Positions 55,160-64,000 of a DNA stretch of 64,000 nucleotides are shown here, one piece after another (positions within the stretch are counted from its first letter, which is position 1; each line of letters begins with the position of its first letter). This DNA comes from Octopus sinensis (Eukaryota). The stretch covers positions 77,004,001-77,068,000 of the forward strand of contig NC_042999.1 in the NCBI RefSeq assembly GCF_006345805.1, in the 5' to 3' direction. The notes under the pieces are model-generated. The model saw only the letters and a list, made by a program, of their open reading frames with translations, ran no database searches and was not told the DNA's origin. Position numbers and translations under genes: made by a program.

Positions 55160-56777
55160 TACTGAGGGTACTAGCACCTACAGTTGTGTGGTAGAAGAGA
55201 CAGATGTGGTCGGAGCTGAAATCTTCGCAGAGCAGCTTGAACTGCCGAGTATACAGATCCGACGTTTTGACGAAATTCACGATTCTGATAACTCGGTCCA
55301 AGCATGATAAAGACTTCGGAGGGAGCACCGAGGACAAAAGTCGAATCTGTGTATGAAACAATGGACAGAGGTGGCGTTTGGTAATACAGCTTTCACATGG
55401 CCTTGAAAACCTGACTTTCGACCGACCATAGATGGAGCCCCGTCTATCCTGCATCCGACCAACTTTCCCCAATTCCAGTTCATTCTGCTTGAAGAAATTG
55501 TCCAAAATGTCAAAAATATATTTTCCTTTCGTTGTACTGGACAGCTCCTGGCTCAACAGTAGCTCAGACTTCACAGCATTATTCTGCGTGAAGCGGATGT
55601 AGGCAAGTAGTTGACAGTAGTTGGTGACGTCTGTCGATCCGTCGAATTGAATAGCAAACCCAATACTTTGAGGCTCTCACTCCCTCAATCACTTGGTCGG
55701 TAATGTCGACCGACATCTCCTCAATACGGCGCTGTACAGTGTTGTTAGAAACAGAAATACTCTCCAACTTCGCCGTCGCCTTCTCTCCAATCACGTGCCT
55801 GACCAAGATCCTTGCCGCTTGTATAATGAGAAACTTTGCAATGGTATGCGCCTTCATTATTTTTGGCCACCAGGAGAGCAACTTCGTAGGATGCTTTCAC
55901 AATTCCTACCTTCTTCTGGTAGATCTGGCTACTCTTGTCTATGCGCTGCCACTTTACGTTCTCGCTAAGTTGCTGGAAGTAATTCTTATCTCGGTCCTTC
56001 TTGTCCACGTGTTTCGTCTCAAGATGACGTTTGAGCAGGCTGGGTTTCATGGCCGCGTCGGAAAGGGACTTCATACGGACTAAACATTGCGGGGGAGCTT
56101 CTCCTCCACGTTCGATTGCAATGAAGCAATATTTATGTACGCAAGGTTATAGTTTCGCTTCGGCATGTTATCAAATCCTGTGGAAAAGTAAAAAAAAAAA
56201 AGTTAATCACTCAAGAAATATAGAAATAAAAAAATATACAAAATAATATTAATTATTTTTCTACTATAGGCACAAAGCCCGAAATTTTGGGGGACGGGGC
56301 CAGTCGATTAGATCGACCCCGGGACGCAACTGAAGGCAAAGTCGACCTCGGTGGAATTTGAACTCAGAACGTAAAGACAAACGAAATGCCGCTAAGCATT
56401 TCGCCCAGTGTTCTAAAGTTTCTGCCTGCTCGCCGCCTTTTGTGAAGAAAATATTAACTTGCAACTGTCATTTATTAATGAGCTCAAAGCGTATTTTATA
56501 CGCGCGTTCCCCTCAAGGTCACACATAGCGTCACGCCATACTCAAGATCATGCGCATTGGCTGGACGGTGCTGATCGCTGTACAGAGAGCGAATAAAAAG
56601 TAACCAATAGTATGCCAGTAATCGAAAAGTACTGCTTACTGGTTGATTGATTTGGAAAGCATTAATCACATGCTGGCCGAATATTGGAAAAAGCACAAAC
56701 TAAAAATCGCATATTACCCTGAAAGTGCTCGTGTACCACCTGGAAAGCCCTCGCGTACCACAGGTTGAGAACCACTG
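55160..56777 (-). mobile_element. 3'-truncated hAT transposon of the Buster/Charlie group (ZBED5/SCAND3-like transposase)
   Basis: Frameshifted minus-strand protein: PQC...AMKPSLLKRHLETKH (BED finger), KAHTIA..LI, S.SNNTVQRRIEEMS.D, A.Q.D.STD, DGAPSMVG, HCFIHR and HT.V(RWLS). TIR CAGTGGTTCTCAACC ends at 56777 next to the 8-bp site GTTTAAAG (central TA). Confidence 0.88.
56260..56440 (-). mobile_element. SINE (family of 47402, internally deleted) inserted in the hAT element
   Basis: AAGGCAAAGTCGACCTCGGTGGAATTTGAACTCAGAACGT...CTGCTCGCCGCCTT is the reverse complement of the 47402 head. Confidence 0.8.
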
Positions 56778-57074
56778 GTTTAAAGGGTTTCCCAAGAATA
56801 AAACAGTTGGGAGATGCTACACAAGATTTTCCCCCATTCCTCTGATTTATTTTATTTTATTCCTGATAAATACCTACTGTTATGAGTATACATAGAAAAT
56901 GTAACTGAAACAATTCCCTTTTTATTATGATGTGCTCCATTCTTGGTTTCAATAATTGTATGTAGAGTAGTCAATATGCTAAGCACCGAACTAAATGACT
57001 TTCAAGATTCCACAGCTCGGCATTCTCACCTAAAAAGTAAATCTTTATTTTTTACTCAAAGGTACCAATAATCC

Positions 57075-57275
57075 TTTCTACTATAAGCACAATGCCAGCA
57101 ATTTTGCGGGAAGGTATAAGTCGATAACATCGACCCCAGTGCTCAACTGACACTTATTTTGACCCTGAAATGAGGAAAGGCAAAGTTGATCTAAATGAAA
57201 TTTTAACTCAGAACGTAAAAATGGACGAAATGCCGCTACACATCTTGTCCAGCGATTCTACCAAGTCACCGCTAT
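57075..57275 (-). mobile_element. Degenerate SINE (family of 47402)
   Basis: ACATCGACCCCAGTGCTCAACTG...AAAGGCAAAGTTGATC...TTAACTCAGAACGT. Confidence 0.7.
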
Positions 57276-57846
57276 AGAGACATCAATTATAAAAAGAATC
57301 TTTTTTGTGCTAGTTAACAACCTATTGATGTCACCAAACGCTCGCTCGCATGCCTCGAATATTTTGCCAACGATTGCTGACTTTGACGTTGTTTTGGCGT
57401 CCCTTCGTCTAAATTTTAAACTCTATCTAATTCTAAGTCTTTATTGTTTACTCAGGTTCATACATAATTAAAAAGGAAAAGAGGAAATTCTTTGCGAACA
57501 AATTAAAATATATTTTCGTATTTATTAACACAAACGATGAAGCACTAGGTAAAATTGTGTTGATATTCCAGACTGAATTTAGAAACGAAAATTTTTCTTT
57601 GCAGGAAAATTGTTTTCTGACCGAAAGAATCAAACATTTTATGAGGCCCAAAATTTCAGTAAAATATCACGCACGGATTAAACGACTCGTCAGTTACCTA
57701 ACATATACTATCAAGTAAATCGAGGTGCAAAACTTTCAGATAAACAGAAGTGTAAGGATATCAGACAATGAAAGCAACTCCAAGGACATAAAGAAATTTA
57801 CTTGGTACGTTTTTGTTATTCTTATATAGATGCATACATACATACA

Positions 57847-57899
<53 letters not shown>

Positions 57900-57906
<7 letters not shown>

Positions 57907-58252
57907 TCCTTCTCAACCACATGGTTCCGGGTTCAGTCCCACTGCGTGGCAACTTGGGCAAGTGTCTTCTACTATAGCCTTGGGCCAACCAAAGACGGAA
58001 AATGAAAGAAGACCACCTTATATATATGTATGTGTGTGTGTGCATGTGCATGTGTTTTTGTGCATCTGCCTTTGTACCCCCACCATCGCTGGACAACCGA
58101 TGTCGGTGTGTTTACGTCGTTATAACTTAGTAGTTCGGCAAAAAAACGATAAAATAAGTACTAGGCTTACAAAGAATAAGTTCTGGGGTCGATTTGTTCG
58201 ACTAAAGGCGGTGCTCCAGCATCGCCGCAGTCAAATGACAGAAACAAGTAAA

Positions 58253-58254
<2 letters not shown>
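57900..58254 (+). mobile_element. SINE-A, near full length
   Basis: CAACCACATGGTTCCGGGTTCAGTCCCACTGCGTGGC...GCAGTCAAATGACAGAAACAAGTAAAAG. Confidence 0.88.
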
Positions 58255-58335
<81 letters not shown>

Positions 58336-58380
58336 TGTGTGTGTATGTATGTATGTATGTATGTATGTATATACATATAC

Positions 58381-58549
58381 TCTTTACTCTTACTCTTACT
58401 TGTTTCAGTCATTTGACTGCGGCCATGCTGGAGCACCGCCTTTAGTTGGGCAAATCGACCCCGGGACTTATTCTTTGTAAGCCCAGTACTTATTCTATCG
58501 GTCTCTTTTGCCGAACCGCTAAGTGACGGGGACGTAAACACACCAGCAT
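58381..58549 (-). mobile_element. SINE-A, 3' portion with (GAGTAA)n-like tail
   Basis: Reverse complement of the 58100-58254 segment. Confidence 0.88.
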
Positions 58550-58604
58550 ATATATATATATATTTCTGCAATATATGGTTAGTTTATATATATGTGTGTG
58601 TGTG

Positions 58605-58644
<40 letters not shown>

Positions 58645-58710
58645 CCCACGTGTATATAAATATAAACAAACATTTGTTTTTTTACAAGCGCCGAAATGTG
58701 TATTGCTGGC

Positions 58711-58785
58711 GGGCTGTTTAGCTTAATGGTAAAGCACTTGGCCAGTGTTTTCAAGAGACGTGGGTTCCAATCCCATGGCTGTTTG
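58711..58785 (+). other. tRNA-like sequence (pseudo-tRNA or SINE head)
   Basis: D-arm-like GCTT-AATGGTA-AAGC with A box TAGCTTAATGG, and T-arm GTGGG-TTCCAAT-CCCAT. There is no acceptor stem, and the anticodon loop is about 11 nt. Confidence 0.45.
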
Positions 58786-59267
58786 TTGACAAATTTTTCC
58801 GCTTTGTAAGTGTAATTTACTCAATGTTTCTGCTGCTCTAACAGCATCTCTGCTTTCGAAAATAACTTATCGTATATATATATATATTACATACATACAT
58901 ATAAGTATTATTACAGTTTAACCTCACATTTGACATATTCGTTTGAGACCGAACAATTTCGTTTTTTTACACTAACATATTCTATTCTGTACATAGCCTC
59001 ATTACCCTCTCGACCTATTAGATATAGCATCGAAATCAATTAACTTTTACTGTCTAACGCGGCTAACTTTGAAGGTGAACTTTGTTTCCCCTGTGGTTTT
59101 TAATGTATTTTGGACAAATCTGATCAGTTGGTCATCGCTCGTTCTTTAGGTAATTATCAGACGGTACAATAGTAAAAATATGCTGGAAAGTTACCCATAT
59201 CAGACTAGCGTCAGAATCTGTATTATACATCGATATAAACGCTAAAGAAAACAGAATTAGACAGCAT

Positions 59268-59772
59268 CTGTCTCACTTAGAAGGTGAAATTTATACCTGT
59301 CTCTCTAAGAAGGGAAAATTTATGTCTCATTTTGAAGGGAAAATTTATACCTGTCTTACTTAGAAGAGAAAATTTATACCCGTCTAACTTTGAAGGTGAA
59401 GTTTATACCCGTCTAACTTTGAAGGTGAAGTTTATACCCGTCTGACTTTGAAGGTGAAGTTTATACCCGTCTGACTTTGAAGGTGAAGTTTATACCCGTC
59501 TGACTTTGAAGGTGAAATTTATACCCGTATAACTTTGAAGGTGAAGTTTATACCCGTCTAACTTTGAAGGTGAAGTTTATACCCGTCTGATTTTGAAGGT
59601 GAAATTTATACTCGTCTCACTTTAAAGATGAAATTTATACACATCTCGCTTGAAGGTGTAATTTATACCTATCTCACTTTAAAGGTAAAATTTATATTAG
59701 TCTCACTTTGGGGGGGAAATTTATACCCATCTCACTTTGAAGCTGAAATTTATTTATACCCGTCTTACTATG
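59268..59772. repeat. 29-bp minisatellite, ~17 copies (TTTATACCCGTCT[A/G]ACTTTGAAGGTGAAG)
   Basis: Units start at 59402, 59431 and 59460 (period 29); the core is homogeneous and the edges degenerate. Confidence 0.92.
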
Positions 59773-60197
59773 AAAGTTAAATTCAAGATTTCCCTGTGGT
59801 TTTAAATGTGTTTTGAACCAATCTGACCACGAAAACCGTCGGGATTCATGGTTCCTTAGGTAAATCATACCTCCAAAATGAAGCGGGTCTAATGGTAAGA
59901 ATTTACCGCCAAATCTCCTTCAATAAAAGATGAGGATCAAGTCTGATTTTTCGTTTTTGTTTCCACAATTTAATTTCTAGCAAAAGAAAAAGACTTTCGA
60001 AATACAATGTTGTAATTCTTTGTTGAACACCTGTAATAAACTTTTACATTTCTGTGGTACTACCTTTCAATGTGTTTTACATTACAACGTGACGTCTCAG
60101 GCATCAGACATCTGTATGATTTTAGTCACAAATCGTACACTAATCAATTAGTAATATATGGCCTTGAACATATAAGTGGTGTCAAGGTGTTTTGAAC

Positions 60198-61100
60198 TAA
60201 TAATAATAATAATGATTTCTTTTATTTGTCACTGGAGTGAGGATGAGGGAACAATGCAAAGACAGACATAAAGTGTAGGAGTTTACATGTAATGAAATAA
60301 CAAAAAAAAGCATGTTTATATAGTAAGTGTTGACAGTATACAATAAAACAAAGGGAAACAAACATAGTATAACACAATAAAAGAAAAAATGACAGAAAAA
60401 AGTAGGGATGATAGTGATGTTGTCCTCCAGTTACAGGAGAACCTCAAGGGATAATCGAAGAATCACACCAAGATCTCCCTGAACACCAAGGGCAAGTGCC
60501 CTCTCCAATTCCACTTTTCAGACTCACAGGTCAATACTTTGAGCGGTGCCATCCACTCATGCTATTTTCGCAACTTTCATGCACATTTCAATAAATTCAT
60601 CGAGGACAGCACCTCCCTCTATACCTCACTTTCGGTTTCAAGTGAAACTTGAAAACGTTTATAAGAGCCCTACCAAAGGGGAATGTCTCTGTCTTCCTGC
60701 CTTTCAATCTCATCCACCAGACAACCTCTTTCGCCACAGCCACCAGGCAAAGGAAAACTGCTTTGCCCGCCTGATTACAGGAGGGCGGCGGGACAATCAT
60801 CACCATGGACTCAGCGGACAGACGAATCCGTCCCACATGCGACAGTAGCTTTTCAACATAACACCACAAGTCAGTAATTCCCGGACACTGAACGAGTGCG
60901 TGTTTCGTCGCTCTGTTGCGTACCTTTCACGAACCCGTCTGACAGCACATCCGTGTCTGTACTGTTTATCTTGAACTGGTAGCGCCCGTCGGTAGTTCTG
61001 TTACACCAAAGACACCTAGAAATTATCCATAGTAGTCCCAAACCGGAAAGTCCTCCGGAACAGACTAGCAAGTTTGTTTTCGCCGACGCTCAGAGACTCA
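60198..61100 (-). mobile_element. 5'-truncated Tx1/L1-like LINE, 3' end
   Basis: Minus strand ALPVQDK.YRHG...QSDET/HALVQCPGITDLWCYVEKLL...AKEVVWW (C-terminal knuckle region), a T-rich 3'UTR, AATAAA and an (ATT)n tail. Confidence 0.75.
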
Positions 61101-61327
61101 GGACTGTTATCAACGATACAGGACTGTTATCAACTCTCCCAAAGCTTATCGATAGATAGGCACAGTTAGACTAACTTGCTCTGTGTACAATTGCAGGAAG
61201 TTAGAATCTTTAGTGGTTTCTCTCTCTGTCATTTTGTGAGTTGTATGCAAAGAAAAAATGTAAAAAAAAGGGACGAGAACATTAAACATACATACGCATA
61301 TGCATCCACTTATACTCAAACTTAGTA

Positions 61328-61727
61328 ACTCTTTTACTCTTTTATTTGTTTCAGTCATTTGGCTGTGGCCATGCTGGAGCACCGCCTTTAGTCGAGCAAA
61401 TCGACCTCAGGACTTACTCTTTGTAAGCCTAGTACTTATTCTATCGGTCTCTTTTGCCGAACCGCTAAGTTACGGGGACGTAAACACACCAGCATAGGTT
61501 GTCAAGCGATGTTGGGGGGGGGACAAACACAGACGCACAAACATATACACACACATACAAATATATACATATATAGGACGGGCTTCTTTCAGTTTCCGTC
61601 TACCAAATCCACTCACAAGGCTTTGGTCGGCCCGAGGCTATAGTAGAAGACACTTGCCCAAGGTGCCACGCAGTGGGACTGAACCCGGAACCATGTGGTT
61701 CGTAAGCAAGCTACTTACCACACAGTT
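61328..61727 (-). mobile_element. SINE-A, full length
   Basis: Complete head (GTGTGGTAAGTAGCTTGCTTACGAACCACATGGTTCCGGGTTCAGTCCC), internal microsatellite and 3' end. Confidence 0.9.
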
Positions 61728-61860
61728 ACTAAGCGAACAAAATCTATAATACTTGTAAGAAGAGTAAATTACTTATAGTATTTTTATGGGAATTTCTTTG
61801 AAAAATCCCTCTTTAACGTAAAGAATAAAGTGATGGCTTGAAAATGTTAGCGACTCAAAG

Positions 61861-61904
<44 letters not shown>

Positions 61905-61972
61905 CACAAACAGACACACAGAAGACAAACAGACAGACAGATAGACAGACATACACACACACACACATGACA

Positions 61973-62360
<388 letters not shown>

Positions 62361-63162
62361 GCTTTCTACAAATATATAGTTTTTTGTTTTCTTATATTGT
62401 TTTTTTTTGTATAATTTTAATGTTATCTTCACTATTTTGTGAATATCTCTTCACACATACACACATACACACACACGTTATATCTATCCGTCCATCTGAC
62501 CCCAACCAGATTGTATTGTCCCTTAATTATGTTGTCCCCTTGTGGGAAATTAAAAAATCACACATATATATCACACACGCACATACACATACGCATATAC
62601 ACAGAGACGCACACACTCACACGCACACACACACGCACACACGCGCACATACACACACGCACACACGCACACACACACGCATATATCACATACGCACACA
62701 CATACACACACACATATATATCACACACGCACACACACACAGACGCACACACTCACACGCACATACACACACACATAACGCGCGCACACACACACACACA
62801 CACACATACACACACGCAGATATATGAAAGCGCATGGCCTAATGGCTAGGGCGTTGCACGCAAGATCGTGGTTTCAATTACCAAACCAGCTGTGAGTTGT
62901 GTTCATGAGTAACATCACCACCACCACCACTACCGCCGCCGCCGCCGCAGTCATGACCCCATACGAATAACAAGAACAACAACAAGGCTTCGATGAAGGG
63001 AAAATGAGCAGTATAGCTGCAATTTGGTTGATTTCCCCCCTTGTTTATCAAGTAGCTTGGCTACTTCTGTCACCGCCATGAACATCGCCAAAAGTAATGG
63101 CTTCACCTTTGGCTTCGACAAATACGAACAACGACAGAAACAGCAGCAGCGGCAGTAGCAGC

Positions 63163-63202
<40 letters not shown>

Positions 63203-63206
63203 TGCG

Positions 63207-64000
63207 CAAACATGTGCAGTCCCGAACAGGTCTATTCGCAACAACACCCACCTTATGCGATACATCATAGAGAGAAACGGTTTCGATAGGGCTCTGATCA
63301 ATTTGGATCAAACCAAAGCAATCTTTAGGTTCAACCATCGCTACTTGGAAACCGTCCCGAAAGTGGTTGGTTTCGGCTCCGTTTTCCGCGGTTGGACCGC
63401 TGCAATGCACAGTGGCACCTACTCGGTGGTCAGAGTAAACAGCCATCTGTCAGAATCGTTTCGTATCGCATGCTCGGTCCTTCAGTGCAGCCTACTGTCG
63501 CCTCTTCTATACGTAGTGGTTCTCAAACCACTGCTGCGGAAATTAGAACAGTTGAAGGGTATCCCTTTCGAACTGGGACACGAGGGGGCAGTGTCAGACA
63601 ATGCCACCGGCATGGCATCGGACGCCTCTAAAGGAATATGAGTCGGTTGCAAGAGCTAATGCCAACACTGACAAGTCGGTGGGCTTGCGGCTGGGCACTT
63701 GGAGGGGCAGGTTGATGCCATCAGACGGCGTCGTCGGACACTGGACTGACGGCCCAGTGAAACTGCTCGGGGTTTGGTTTCGTTCCGACTTCCAGGTAGA
63801 TAAGAACTGGGACGAGGTGACGAACAGACTAACCACTCTTACCCAGAAATAGGATAAAAGGAAGCTATTCCTGAAAGGTGGGACATAGGTAGCAAATACC
63901 TATATTGCATCCGTCATCAACTATCGCCTGACCGTCGTGCTCTGCCTTGGTTACTCTTTCATCAGGTTGGAGCATCTCTTATTTAATTTCTTGTGGAAGG
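63207..64000 (+). mobile_element. Tx1/L1-like LINE reverse transcriptase remnant (runs off the window end)
   Basis: QTCAVPNRSIRNNTHLMRYI, ALINLDQTKA, GFG..FRGW, LSPLLYV, AVS-DN (YADD deleted/mutated) and VKLLGVWF; begins right after a (CAA)n tract. Confidence 0.82.

Noticed and set aside
55083-56074. Domesticated ZBED5/SCAND3/GTF2IRD2-like host gene
   Set aside because: Multiple frameshifts, truncation and an adjacent TIR indicate a dead transposon.
59268-59772. 29-bp repeat array as a CRISPR array
   Set aside because: The units are directly adjacent with no unique spacers, there are no cas genes, and the context is eukaryotic.
62951-63446. Poly-Cys and poly-Leu minus-strand ORFs
   Set aside because: They are antisense readings of a (CAA/CAG)n tract plus Tx1 RT sequence.

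Overview
Repeat-rich, AT-rich eukaryotic genomic DNA. The SINE types and the dense (TACA)n/(AT)n/(GATA)n/(CA)n microsatellites suggest a coleoid cephalopod, probably Octopus (inference, not database-checked). Most of the window is a nested transposable-element graveyard. It holds a degenerate RepHel Helitron plus three non-autonomous Helitrons, DD37D (maT), mariner and IR/DR-type Tc1 elements, a Buster-type hAT, and a MITE with telomere-like repeats. Retroelements include RTE, R4/Dong-type, Tx1/L1-like and probable Penelope remnants, plus many tRNA-derived SINEs. The only convincing host genes are two same-strand paralogous rhodopsin-class 7TM receptors about 14 kb apart, each with an uninterrupted coding block: 36096-37163 (intact) and 50516-51578 (frameshifted, with a Tc1 just upstream). 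Both keep the structural cysteines but lack D2.50, the DRY arginine and the NPxxY asparagine. They also share a splice-acceptor-like 5' motif and about 300 bp of 3' flank. This atypical GPCR pair is the most interesting signal. No CRISPR array, rRNA or intact tRNA gene was seen. Most short ORFs in the track are microsatellite artefacts.
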